Both the position numbers and the translations under genes were made by a program. This document shows, piece by piece, positions 37,998-47,659 of a stretch of DNA of 64,000 nucleotides. Every line of letters starts with the position of its first letter. Within the stretch, counting starts at the first letter, position 1. The notes beneath the pieces are model-generated. The model was not told where the DNA came from. It did no database searches and was given only the letters and a program-made list of their open reading frames with translations. Origin of the DNA: a virus (Duplodnaviria; Caudoviricetes); IMG/VR virus record IMGVR_UViG_3300030055_000003; one strand, written 5' to 3'.

Positions 37998-38417
37998 TTA
38001 ACCTATAGTAGCTTCTAATTTACTTCTAACGCCATCTTTTACTTGTGTATATTTGTAATGCGGAGCATTGTCTTCATTAATTAATGAGTTCATATATTCT
38101 CCAGTCATCTTTCGAGAAATACTTAATAGTAAATCATCGCAAGCTACATCATAAAAGATAATATAATCACTTGTAGTACCTTCAACTTGTGTCCAATATA
38201 CTAATAGGTTATCATTTGTATTCAGTTCATTAATCAAATAATCATAAGCCTTATCTCGTATTGCACCACATACACTATCTATATCACAAGTCTTATCATA
38301 TGAAAATATAATGGTATTATTGTTGTCTGTATTTCTATATACTGCAAATCTTCCTTTTGAGTTAATTAAATCTAATTCGTAATTTAAATTTCTTAATCCT
38401 AAAATCTTTTCTTTCAT
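37998..38417 (-). CDS. Hypothetical protein
   Basis: ORF with RBS GGGAGA. Confidence 0.6.
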   Translation of the reverse strand: MKEKILGLRNLNYELDLINSKGRFAVYRNTDNNNTIIFSYDKTCDIDSVCGAIRDKAYDYLINELNTNDNLLVYWTQVEGTTSDYIIFYDVACDDLLLSISRKMTGEYMNSLINEDNAPHYKYTQVKDGVRSKLEATIG

Positions 38418-38433
38418 TTTTACATATCTCCCT

Positions 38434-38760
38434 TTATTTTATAGTTTTCATTAAATCATCTAATATTATATTATTTGGTAATCCTTTTGATTTTAACTTT
38501 AAATAATAGTCTACATTTTCTTTCATATGGAATACTGTACATTTCTCACAAGCAAAAACTTCTTTATTATTTCCTTCGGCATCTATATATTGTAATAAGT
38601 ATCCACCCCATAAAGTATTTTGTATCTTACAACATTCTTCATATAAAGGACAGTAACACATTCTACAATCATACTTATTATCAGATATATTTGAATGACA
38701 TGGATACCAATAACAATTAGTTCTAAGATTTAAATTATTAGTATTGGTTTTAATCTTCAT
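38434..38760 (-). CDS. Cysteine-rich small domain protein (zf-like)
   Basis: NCYWYPCH...DCRMCYCPLY...GG...ACEKCTVFH. Confidence 0.75.
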   Translation of the reverse strand: MKIKTNTNNLNLRTNCYWYPCHSNISDNKYDCRMCYCPLYEECCKIQNTLWGGYLLQYIDAEGNNKEVFACEKCTVFHMKENVDYYLKLKSKGLPNNIILDDLMKTIK

Positions 38761-38956
38761 ATAGGAATTCCATTGCTTCTTCAAAAGTTTCAAATACATA
38801 ATCTTCGTTTATTAATACATGTTCTTTTAAATGGTTATCATATAGATTAATTATTGGGAGACAAGAGCTAGTAATTCTAACATAGCCCTTGAACACTCCT
38901 TCCTTAATCTTGAAATCACCATCTATATAATATATATCTTGGTTGCTTTCAAACAT
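38750..38956 (-). CDS. Hypothetical protein
   Basis: ORF directly downstream of nrdJ. Confidence 0.6.
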   Translation of the reverse strand: MFESNQDIYYIDGDFKIKEGVFKGYVRITSSCLPIINLYDNHLKEHVLINEDYVFETFEEAMEFLYED

Positions 38957-38967
38957 AATTTAATCTC

Positions 38968-40926
38968 CTATTCACATTTAGTAAAGCCACAATCTACACA
39001 ACTTATACATCCACCAGAATGTTCTAGTTCATGTCCACATTCGGGGCATTTATTAAATCTTAATGCAAATGCAATATCCCCATTATCTTTTTTAAACTTT
39101 AATTCTTCATCTGTAAAGTTTGCTTTAGTTTCTACCATTTGTTCATTTAATTTATTTATTACTTCTATGGTTTGATTTGATATTTCTTTTAAAAATGTTT
39201 TTATTTCTCTTAATATAGCAGTTCCACAACTATTACCTTGACTTAATTGTATTCCTTTTGCTCTTTGAGTTGAAAAACTATTGCATCCACCAACACCTTC
39301 AAAAGATTTCTCTATATTGAATAAGTTTCCTCCTAGTCTTAACATACCACTCATTGCTATAACCATTCCTTGAAGATTTCTTTCACATCCTCCAGATCCT
39401 GACCTAATTACATACATGTCTTGTATTGCTTGTTCTGTATTTGACCAACCTATCATTAATTTAAGTTTGCCACAACCTATTTTAACTTTTCTTTCGTAGT
39501 AAACTGTATCCTTAGCTTTTGGCTTCCATTGACCTCTTTCTAAAGTTGATATTAATTCATTAGCTTTTTCTTCTTCTGTTTTTTCAGTAATCATTATACC
39601 TTGTCTTATAGGATTCGGTCTAAATATAGTGCAACCTTTAATTCCATTTTCCCAACAGAATTCATAAACCTTTTTAACATCTTCAAATGGATACTCAGTG
39701 GGGATATTAATAGTTTTACTACATGACATATCTACGTGAAATGCTATAGTTTTAAGAACATCTAAGTGTGCTTGTACAGGTAAATTCATTGCAGTAACAA
39801 AAATATCTTCTTTTACAATACAATCTTTATTACCTTTAATTTCATTCCATACTTTGTAAGCATAATCCTCCATCTTAACTATCTTAATATCATCATCTGA
39901 CTGACCACCTAATTTTACCTTCCTATCATACGATAGACTAAATATAGGTTCTAAGCCAGAACTTGTATTGCTCCCAAAAGTTAATGACATTGTGCCCGTG
40001 GGAGCAACGCTCATAATCTTTGAATTTCTGATGCCATATTTTAATATATCATCAGCTAAATCTATCCATTCATTGTCTTTTTCCATATGTTTTTGAATAT
40101 ATCCACTTTTAATGTACTTTTCTCTATCTAAGAATGGGAAGCCACCTTTTTCTTTAGCTAACTGAACACTTGCCTTAAAGGCTTCTTTTGATATGAAGTT
40201 CATTATTTCATCAATGACTTCTAATGATTCTTTACTTCCGTAAACCATATTTAACATACATAAAGCATCTCCAAGCCCAGTAATTCCAAGCCCTATAGTT
40301 CTAAATGCTTCTTGATAGTTTCTATATATTTCATCTGGGAAGTTATTTATATCAATTATATTATCTAAAAATTTAACTGCACTATGAGTTGTTTCGCTTA
40401 ATTTTTTATAATCAATCTTTGCTTTAGATGTAAAAGGATTATCTATCATATTATGTAAGAATATACTTCCTAGATTACATGCACCACCATAATCGTTACG
40501 GTTTAATGGTTCTTTTGTAATAGGGTTGTTCCCATAAACTGTTCCTGCTAAATACTCAGCACAAGGATTACTACAAACAATATTTTCTATATACCATACT
40601 GTATTATCTTTATTCATGTTATCATAGAAGAAAATCCCTGGCTCTCCATTATCATAAGCTTTCTTCATAATTGAATCCCATAAATATCTTGCACTTATTT
40701 CTTTCTTATATTTCCATTGTGATTCATCTTTTAAGACATATCCTTTATCATCATATACTGGATAGTGTAAGAATATAGTTTCATCTTTTTTAACAGAATT
40801 CATAAAATCATTATCAACCATAACTGTTACATTAAAATGAACTAGTTTTCCTTCATCATAAGATTTTGCATTTATAAAATCTTCAATGTCCATATTATAT
40901 ATTGAGCATACGCCCATATTTGCTCC
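38968..40926 (-). CDS. nrdJ: Class II (B12-dependent) ribonucleotide reductase, exon 2
   Basis: GANMG, NPCAEY (thiyl Cys), GACNLGS, SVAPTGT, C-terminal TSCPD-like and CxxC...CxxC; no nrdB/F partner nearby. Confidence 0.92.
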   Translation of the reverse strand, partial: GANMGVCSIYNMDIEDFINAKSYDEGKLVHFNVTVMVDNDFMNSVKKDETIFLHYPVYDDKGYVLKDESQWKYKKEISARYLWDSIMKKAYDNGEPGIFFYDNMNKDNTVWYIENIVCSNPCAEYLAGTVYGNNPITKEPLNRNDYGGACNLGSIFLHNMIDNPFTSKAKIDYKKLSETTHSAVKFLDNIIDINNFPDEIYRNYQEAFRTIGLGITGLGDALCMLNMVYGSKESLEVIDEIMNFISKEAFKASVQLAKEKGGFPFLDREKYIKSGYIQKHMEKDNEWIDLADDILKYGIRNSKIMSVAPTGTMSLTFGSNTSSGLEPIFSLSYDRKVKLGGQSDDDIKIVKMEDYAYKVWNEIKGNKDCIVKEDIFVTAMNLPVQAHLDVLKTIAFHVDMSCSKTINIPTEYPFEDVKKVYEFCWENGIKGCTIFRPNPIRQGIMITEKTEEEKANELISTLERGQWKPKAKDTVYYERKVKIGCGKLKLMIGWSNTEQAIQDMYVIRSGSGGCERNLQGMVIAMSGMLRLGGNLFNIEKSFEGVGGCNSFSTQRAKGIQLSQGNSCGTAILREIKTFLKEISNQTIEVINKLNEQMVETKANFTDEELKFKKDNGDIAFALRFNKCPECGHELEHSGGCISCVDCGFTKCE

Positions 40927-41966
40927 CATACTGTAATCTTCTATTACTAGAAGTGTCGGACTATATCTTAATTTAATTTATTCAATTAAACCTTGGGTAC
41001 TATTGAGGTTATTAAAATATATTGCTATATCTCCTCTAGTCTCTACACCCTCCTACTCTGTAGGCACGGCTCGGTATTAACTTTTATTCAAAGCTTTCAC
41101 CGAATTCTCCCAATTCTAGACGCAGAGCTTCTGCCTTATTATACTTTCTGTTTAATATTATGAAATTATTATCTGGATATATGTAATGTAAAAATTCTAA
41201 TACTTGTTTTTTTGATGCCATTTCAATTACATAACATTTTTCATTGGCTTTAGGTCTTATTTTACTACTAATATCATTTTTATCTAATATGTTTTGAATT
41301 CCTTCCAACATATGGTATTGTGAAGTAAAACTTATTTTTTGCCAAATTCTATCTCTGTCTTTACGTTTGCCCCATGTTATACAACCTTCTGCATCAAAAA
41401 ACCCTTGAACAAGATATCTTTCTAATCTAGGCTTAATCATTGGAATATGTCTTTCTTCTTTTAATCGTCCACCAAATAGCATTTTTATATCTCTAACAAT
41501 ATGGTTTTCACCTATTTTAAAACCAATATGAGGGAATTGCTTTTTAGTTTTATCTAATTTGTTAGATATATTACTATGCCCTCCTATTTCACTTATCATA
41601 AAGTCTATAATTTCTCTATCATCTAATTGAACATCTATCTCAAATTTATCATCTTTAGATAGACAACCATCTCCTAATAAAAAACCTAATATATAAGCCT
41701 TTTCTTTGGTATCAATTTTATGAAAATAATCTATTTTATAATCAGCAACTTTTGCATATTTATTTAGGTCTTGCAATCCATATTGTTTAATATAATTTAT
41801 TACATTCCAATATTTAATTCCTGTGATTCCTTCTATTTTTCTACTTGAAAAACCTTGTTCTAAGTATTTTGTTAATATTTCCTTTGATAATTGATATTCC
41901 ATAATAAATCTCTCCTTACTCTTTTACGTATTTGTAATTTTCAAGATACTCGTATAATAACTATTT
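40927..41966 (-). ncRNA. Group I self-splicing intron (1040 nt) in nrdJ
   Basis: Exon 1 ends in U (CGU), intron ends in G; splicing restores Q-G-G-R-R-G-A-N-M-G. Core elements AAUUCGGUGAAA, AAUACCGAGCC, GUAGAGACUA, AAGAUAUAGUCC. IGS GCUCUGCGUCU at 41118-41128. Confidence 0.92.
41084..41902 (-). CDS. Intron-encoded double-motif LAGLIDADG homing endonuclease
   Basis: YILGFLLGDG and LVQGFFDAEG; N-terminal HTH. Confidence 0.92.
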   Translation of the reverse strand: MEYQLSKEILTKYLEQGFSSRKIEGITGIKYWNVINYIKQYGLQDLNKYAKVADYKIDYFHKIDTKEKAYILGFLLGDGCLSKDDKFEIDVQLDDREIIDFMISEIGGHSNISNKLDKTKKQFPHIGFKIGENHIVRDIKMLFGGRLKEERHIPMIKPRLERYLVQGFFDAEGCITWGKRKDRDRIWQKISFTSQYHMLEGIQNILDKNDISSKIRPKANEKCYVIEMASKKQVLEFLHYIYPDNNFIILNRKYNKAEALRLELGEFGESFE

Positions 41967-42407
41967 ACGTCTTCCACCTTGAAGTATTGTAGCAGTTTGT
42001 GCATTAAATACATCCATAAAGCTTACATTACCACTTGCTATAGCATCATTAGAAGTAGGAGTTCCTTTTGGTCTTAATTGCGAAAAATCGTAGCCTATTC
42101 CTCCTCCTTTTTGATGTGTTAAAGCTCCTAATTTTACTTTATTAAATATATCTTGTAAATCATCTTGTATTTGTGGGGCAACGAAACAATTATTTAATGT
42201 TAGGGATGTTCCTATTCCACTATTACTCATAGTTCTTCCTGCTGGATAAAATAATCCTTTATCTAATACATTATAAAATTCTTCTGCTTCTTTTTCATTA
42301 GTTGAACAGTAATCACTAACCCTATGTAAATTTTCATCAATTGATTCTCCGTTTTTAGAGTATCTATCTTCCCAAATTTTATAAAGTATTTCATTTTCGA
42401 TTTTCAT
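41967..42407 (-). CDS. nrdJ: Class II ribonucleotide reductase, exon 1
   Basis: IWEDRY, FYPAGR, LNNCFV, QKGGGIGYDFSQLRPKG, ASGNVSFM; 147 codons ending QGGRR. Confidence 0.92.
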
Positions 42408-42457
42408 ATCATTACCTCTTTCTTTCTATTAATTTATTATATAAACTATTTTCATAG

Positions 42458-42769
42458 TTATAATCTTATTGTCTTACATACATTTTTATATTTATCTAAA
42501 TTCGTATTTTTAATAGTCATTTGTTTAATGTCATCAAGCATTACATTACTTGCATCAGCAAATTGACTAAAGAAATCATTCTTTTCTAGTTCCTTATTCA
42601 CTTCTTCTGTAATTGTTTTAAATATTTTAGATTTATTACTTGAAAATCGTTTGTATACTTGCTTGCTATGTATTTTCTTACCTAAGTATGGAATCTTGTG
42701 ATACCATCTATCATTGATAGTAACCATGTCTCTTAATTCTTGTTCTTTATTTTTATCCATTTCAATCAC
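42458..42769 (-). CDS. Hypothetical protein
   Basis: ORF with RBS AGAAAGGTGA. Confidence 0.6.
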   Translation of the reverse strand: MIEMDKNKEQELRDMVTINDRWYHKIPYLGKKIHSKQVYKRFSSNKSKIFKTITEEVNKELEKNDFFSQFADASNVMLDDIKQMTIKNTNLDKYKNVCKTIRL

Positions 42770-42774
42770 CTTTC

Positions 42775-42915
42775 TTATTTAATTAAATATATTATTATCT
42801 TAGTGAAATAACTATATAAAGTCTCTTTTATGATAATAAGTTTCAATATAACTTTTTGATGCCATTTAAGTTTGCATCCTAGCCATGATTCTATGAAATT
42901 TATATCTGTAGTCAT
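42775..42915 (-). CDS. 46-aa mini-protein resembling a large-terminase N-terminal segment
   Basis: Below the track cutoff; RBS GGAGGA; MTTDINFIESWLGCKLKWHQKVILKLII. Confidence 0.45.
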   Translation of the reverse strand: MTTDINFIESWLGCKLKWHQKVILKLIIIKETLYSYFTKIIIYLIK

Positions 42916-42919
42916 TTTA

Positions 42920-43237
42920 TTAATCCTCCTTAACGAAACTAATATTTTCAATGTTTCCAGTTAATACAAATACATTACCTTCACACATTCCTACATCTAA
43001 ACACATTTTACCTTCAACTTCTTGACCTTCTATATCTGTTAATTGCATTGTCACAGGTGTATTTAAGAACTCTTCTAATTGTCCATGTTCTGCATGCCAT
43101 TTCTTATCTTCCTCCAATGTTTCCATTAAATCTTTAATTGTTGGATAGTCTCTAAATCCATTATCTTGTAAATATAATTTAACCTCAGTCACTTTATCTT
43201 TCTCTGCACCAATTACCTTTGCTTGTCTTACTTCCAT
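42920..43237 (-). CDS. Hypothetical protein
   Basis: ORF with RBS AGGAGAGTG. Confidence 0.6.
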   Translation of the reverse strand: MEVRQAKVIGAEKDKVTEVKLYLQDNGFRDYPTIKDLMETLEEDKKWHAEHGQLEEFLNTPVTMQLTDIEGQEVEGKMCLDVGMCEGNVFVLTGNIENISFVKED

Positions 43238-43357
43238 TTTTAATACACTCTCCTTTATTTATTGTTTTTATGTTCTATTAATTTATTAACTCTTGGTAAA
43301 ATCAGCAATTTATTTGAATATTCGACCTCTGTAAGCTAGTAATAGCCACATTGTTAA

Positions 43358-43891
43358 TTAATCAATTATCTTAATTTCAATATTTTTACCCTTTAATTCA
43401 TGAAATATGTCTTTAACATATAAATCTCCAACTATATAATCGTCTGCTCCATGTCCACCACAATAATCTTCAAATGAAACAGTACCTTTATATTCTTTTT
43501 GAATAGTTGGTATAAAATAATGTTGTTCTAATCGAATTATAAGTTCTTCTTTTGTTGGTATTTTCTCTTTACTTTCATATGGTACTTCTATCTTTTCAGA
43601 CATTGTATTATTAATTTTAGTATTTTCTATTTTAAATTCATATGTAATATCTCTTCCATAATAAGATTCCCAACATGCAGATATATCTATCTTTCTTATA
43701 TTTGATACACTATCATATTTTTTATCTAATTCATTTAATGCACAAGATAAGTTGAATTCAAAATCTTTTGCTAATGGTAGATGAGTTATTTCATGTTCCA
43801 CACAATCTTGCTTATAACTATAGTAATTTTCCTCATCAATTCTTTCTTCAAATACCTTTCCACAATATTCACATACGGCTTGTTTTTTCAT
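43358..43891 (-). CDS. Hypothetical protein (N-terminal C-x2-C motif)
   Basis: CEYCGK...CVEHE. Confidence 0.6.
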   Translation of the reverse strand: MKKQAVCEYCGKVFEERIDEENYYSYKQDCVEHEITHLPLAKDFEFNLSCALNELDKKYDSVSNIRKIDISACWESYYGRDITYEFKIENTKINNTMSEKIEVPYESKEKIPTKEELIIRLEQHYFIPTIQKEYKGTVSFEDYCGGHGADDYIVGDLYVKDIFHELKGKNIEIKIID

Positions 43892-43924
43892 AATTCATAT
43901 CTCCTCTATAATTTATTTAACTCT

Positions 43925-44158
43925 TTACATTATTTCCAATCCTTTAAGTGTTCGATATGTTTCATCATGTAACTTTTTTGCAATATATTTAATTCTTTCT
44001 TCATTTATGTATTTTGAATAATATTCTAGTTCTTTATCAATTTCTTCATTAGTCATCCTTTTTAATTTTTGTAAGGCTAAGGACATTACAAATAATTCTT
44101 CTGATGTCAGTTTAGTTTCTAACTCTACTGAAAATAAGTCTTTAATATTTACATTCAC
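43925..44158 (-). CDS. Hypothetical protein
   Basis: ORF with RBS AAGGAGTGG. Confidence 0.55.
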   Translation of the reverse strand: MNVNIKDLFSVELETKLTSEELFVMSLALQKLKRMTNEEIDKELEYYSKYINEERIKYIAKKLHDETYRTLKGLEIM

Positions 44159-44177
44159 TATTTAATCCACTCCTTAA

Positions 44178-44396
44178 TCATTTATATCTTTTCCCGTCAG
44201 GGAATAAACCACTTAAACTCTTTCGTTTACTTCCGAATAATCCACTAAGGCTCTCAGATTCAGTTTTAAATAATCCAGTAGATTCATAAACTTTTTCATA
44301 TTCTTCTTTTATCTTTTTGCTTTCAACTCCACAACTTGGACATCTTTTAAATATTTCATTAGTTATTAATCCACAATTGCATTTGTAAAATATCAT
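44178..44396 (-). CDS. Small zinc-ribbon protein
   Basis: KCNCG...RCPSCG. Confidence 0.6.
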   Translation of the reverse strand: MIFYKCNCGLITNEIFKRCPSCGVESKKIKEEYEKVYESTGLFKTESESLSGLFGSKRKSLSGLFPDGKRYK

Positions 44397-44710
44397 TTAA
44401 TCACTCCTTTTATTCTCCTTTTAAATTCATCATTGCCACATATTTCATCAATAAAATATAAGCCTTTCTCCCAACCATTACCTAATCTACTCATAAACTT
44501 ATAAATCAAATAATGCCCTTTATCTATAATCTTAGATATTTTAATTTCATCTTCACACTCGAATCCACTAATTGTATGTTTGTAAATGAGAATATCTCCT
44601 ATATTTGCAAGTGGCATTTCTTTTCCAATAGATTCACACTCTCTAGCTTTCTTTTCATGTCTGTGTAGATTATGGCATATTCCACATTGATAACATTTTA
44701 CCTCTCTCAT
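44393..44710 (-). CDS. Hypothetical protein (C-x2-C motif)
   Basis: YQCGICHNLH...ARECE. Confidence 0.6.
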   Translation of the reverse strand: MREVKCYQCGICHNLHRHEKKARECESIGKEMPLANIGDILIYKHTISGFECEDEIKISKIIDKGHYLIYKFMSRLGNGWEKGLYFIDEICGNDEFKRRIKGVIK

Positions 44711-44746
44711 TCTTTCACCTTCTTTTTATATTTAGCACATTTAATA

Positions 44747-45109
44747 CTATCTTCTTACATTTCCATATTCGTCATAACCTAATTCTTTAATTGTATTTTG
44801 TTTAGCATATTCTAATATTGTTAATGATTGTTCTTTATTTATTTCACCAATTTGTTTAATCCCTTGTTCTTCAAATTCATCATATATGTAAGTATCCATG
44901 TACTCATTGATGATTGATTTATTATATACGGGTATTACACTTCCAAAACTAAATTGCATTCCATCTGGAGTACAACTAGATTTTCTACAACTCCTATCTA
45001 TAACTAAGAAACCTATTCCTTCTATTTCAGCCTGAAATTCTCCACAATTACATCCATCACAATGCCATCCGTACTCAGTCGTTTCAAGTTCATTTGTCAC
45101 TCTCATCAT
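44747..45109 (-). CDS. Hypothetical protein
   Basis: ORF in the early gene array. Confidence 0.55.
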   Translation of the reverse strand: MMRVTNELETTEYGWHCDGCNCGEFQAEIEGIGFLVIDRSCRKSSCTPDGMQFSFGSVIPVYNKSIINEYMDTYIYDEFEEQGIKQIGEINKEQSLTILEYAKQNTIKELGYDEYGNVRR

Positions 45110-45174
45110 TTGATAATAATTGAGCGTTACTATATTTTCATTATAATTTTCAACATACTCTTCTTCACTTGTTT

Positions 45175-45687
45175 CTATATATATATATTCTTTAATAATA
45201 TTTTTCTAGCAATTTTCAAACCTCGTAATTCATTTATTTCGATAGGAAGTCTTTTATTTAAATAATATTGTCTATCTTTTAATTTTAAATAATCTTTATA
45301 TAATAATTTACTAGTCTCTAAATCTTTAAATTCATTTTTAATATTATTAGATTCCTCTGTTAACTTATTAATATTTCTTTTCTTACCATTGTATATAACA
45401 TCTATTTCTTCTAAAGCTTTGTTTGTTTTGTCGCATCTTTTAATTTCCATTAATTTATTGCTTTCTTCAGATGCATTTTTATATAATTCTTGGAAATTGT
45501 CATTTGAGTTTATAAACTCTTCAAAATTTTTATAACTATCGCTTTTTTCACTATTGTCCCACATCGTACAACCATTTTTAAATTCATATATTTTATCTTT
45601 TGTAAAACGTCCATTACCAGTAGTATAATATTTTCTATCGGTTTTTATAGCCTTAGTCTTAAAATTTATTTTATTCATTATAATCAC
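45175..45687 (-). CDS. Hypothetical protein
   Basis: ORF with RBS AAGGAGTGA. Confidence 0.6.
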   Translation of the reverse strand: MIIMNKINFKTKAIKTDRKYYTTGNGRFTKDKIYEFKNGCTMWDNSEKSDSYKNFEEFINSNDNFQELYKNASEESNKLMEIKRCDKTNKALEEIDVIYNGKKRNINKLTEESNNIKNEFKDLETSKLLYKDYLKLKDRQYYLNKRLPIEINELRGLKIARKILLKNIYI

Positions 45688-45759
45688 TCCTTTATTATTT
45701 TCTTAATTTATTAAAAACCCATTAAAACTATTCATTTATTTTGATGTCCGTATTATAAA

Positions 45760-46035
45760 TCAAGAATAATTTTCTATTAAATATTTTTCGATTGATGGTA
45801 TTATAATATCTTTTGCTTTAAATTCTCCCATAAATTCTAATTCCATTGATTCTAAGTCAAAATTGAATTTTTTATTAACAAATACAATTTCTTCATCAAA
45901 TTCATCATATACAATTAGACATATCTGTTTATTTTCAATATCATAATTTACCTCGCATTCAACCTCATCTTCAAAGATATTATATGCTATTCCATTTACT
46001 GCTCTATTAATTGAATCTTTTATTCTTTCCCACAT
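45760..46035 (-). CDS. Hypothetical acidic protein
   Basis: ATG at 46035 after GGAGGA. Confidence 0.6.
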   Translation of the reverse strand: MWERIKDSINRAVNGIAYNIFEDEVECEVNYDIENKQICLIVYDEFDEEIVFVNKKFNFDLESMELEFMGEFKAKDIIIPSIEKYLIENYS

Positions 46036-46056
46036 ATTATTTCCTCCTTGATTACT

Positions 46057-46105
46057 ATAATATACCAACTAATTTATAAAGTCAATATGTATCTATTAAT
46101 TTATT
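46057..46105 (-). promoter_or_regulatory. sigmaA promoter with upstream AATAAATTAATA box
   Basis: AATAAATTAATA-N8-TTGACT-N17-TATTAT. Confidence 0.7.
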
Positions 46106-46679
46106 TAACTATATATCCACGTAGTTTTTTTACGCCATATGAATTAGCTCTTTTCTTCCATTGTTCTCTAGTTTCCCCATCCCATCTTTCAACATACATA
46201 TCTATATGATTAGATGAATTAAAATTACTTCCACCTTTATCTGAGACAATACGAGTTCCATAATCTTTTTCTAGAAATATTTTAGTTCCTAATGGCAATA
46301 TATTATTTGCAATAACACCTCGTTCTAAAGGTCTACCCTTGCAATCAACATTTCCATGGATACTATTTTCTTCTTCAAGACCTGTATAAAAAGTAACTAT
46401 AAACTCTTGCCACTCAATATTATCATCTTCTTTTACATTTTTCAATTCATTTGTCTTTTGTTCTTTAGATTCCTTTTTCTCAAGTTCTAACTTATCTTTT
46501 TCAAATTGTATTTCAAAACTTTTTAATTTAAAATCTTGTACCATTTCAACATCAATTTGCTTTTCAATTGATTGCTCCGCTAGGCTATGAAACGGTGCTT
46601 GTACATTTGTTGGATAAGTAAATAATAAACTTGTACTTAACAAACATACAATCCTCTTTCCTCTTAGCAATGTCATCAT
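46101..46679 (-). CDS. Secreted 3D-domain (cell-wall-binding/lytic) protein
   Basis: Signal-peptide-like N-terminus; VTFYT...IANNILPLGTKI...VSDKGG...HIDMYV. Confidence 0.8.
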   Translation of the reverse strand: MMTLLRGKRIVCLLSTSLLFTYPTNVQAPFHSLAEQSIEKQIDVEMVQDFKLKSFEIQFEKDKLELEKKESKEQKTNELKNVKEDDNIEWQEFIVTFYTGLEEENSIHGNVDCKGRPLERGVIANNILPLGTKIFLEKDYGTRIVSDKGGSNFNSSNHIDMYVERWDGETREQWKKRANSYGVKKLRGYIVK

Positions 46680-46706
46680 TCCTTCCTATGTATATTGAAT
46701 TATATT

Positions 46707-47570
46707 TTACATATTTATTAAATTAGTAACTTTTTCTACGTTGTTTGCAATTTCTACAATATTAGTAGTTTGTTCTTGTATTCCAGCAGAAACTTCTTCC
46801 ATACCTGCTGATGTTTCAATCATACTAGTATTTATTTCTTCTATGTTAGAAATTCTAAATACACTACTTGCTTTTAACTTTGCACTATTTTCTTTTCCAG
46901 TTTCAGTTTTAATTAGTATAACACTAGTCATATTTTGGAGTTCTTTTATATTCTTACTTATCATTATGCTAAATCCTTTAGATTCTTCTGATAATTTTTT
47001 GATTTCATTTGCAACTACTGTGAACCCACGACCATATTCTCCTGCCCTTGCTGATTCAATACTAGCGTTTAATGATAATAAATTAGTTTGGTCTGCAATC
47101 CCTTTAATTGCTTCTGCTATTTTTGAAATATCTTTCATTTTAATATCTAACTCATTTGTGGAATTGTAAATATCTTCAATATCATTATTAAACGTATCCA
47201 TAATTCCACCATTGTTTTTAGCACCTTCATATGCCATGTCAACCCTTTCAGCTATACTAAATATAGTTGCATTGATTTCTTCTACTGTTGCGGTTAATTC
47301 CTCTGATATAGAAGCTTGTGATGAAACTGAAGTGTTAATATTATTAATGTCTTTTGACAATGTTAGTTTTGTATCATTTACTTCTTCTTTGATTTTATTT
47401 AATAGGTTGTCTTTTTCAATTAATTCTGTATGTAGTTCATCATTTTGTGCCTCTAGTTCTTTGATTTTATTATCACTTTCAATTCTTAAAGATTCTAGTT
47501 TATCATTCATTTCCTTTTCTAAAGATTTTCTTAGTTTATTTAACTCTTTTTCATTTTTAAATATTTTCAT
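46707..47570 (-). CDS. Soluble methyl-accepting chemotaxis protein (signalling domain only)
   Basis: [40 protein letters not shown]; methylation-type helices [10 protein letters not shown] and [13 protein letters not shown]; no TM or sensor domain. Confidence 0.92.
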   Translation of the reverse strand: MKIFKNEKELNKLRKSLEKEMNDKLESLRIESDNKIKELEAQNDELHTELIEKDNLLNKIKEEVNDTKLTLSKDINNINTSVSSQASISEELTATVEEINATIFSIAERVDMAYEGAKNNGGIMDTFNNDIEDIYNSTNELDIKMKDISKIAEAIKGIADQTNLLSLNASIESARAGEYGRGFTVVANEIKKLSEESKGFSIMISKNIKELQNMTSVILIKTETGKENSAKLKASSVFRISNIEEINTSMIETSAGMEEVSAGIQEQTTNIVEIANNVEKVTNLINM

Positions 47571-47659
47571 GTTGATACACTCCTTCTTATTTTAAATTTT
47601 ATTCTTTCTGTTTTTAATAGCTTATATATTGTATCATCTTTCATTATTAGTTTCTCCTT

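Noticed and set aside
38927-40929. ORF-track start at ATG 40929 as an independent gene
   Set aside because: That G is the terminal G of the intron; the ORF is exon 2 of nrdJ.
40927-41966. Intein in nrdJ
   Set aside because: The insertion contains stop codons and a separate ORF with its own RBS, has no C/S...HN intein ends, and carries group I core elements.
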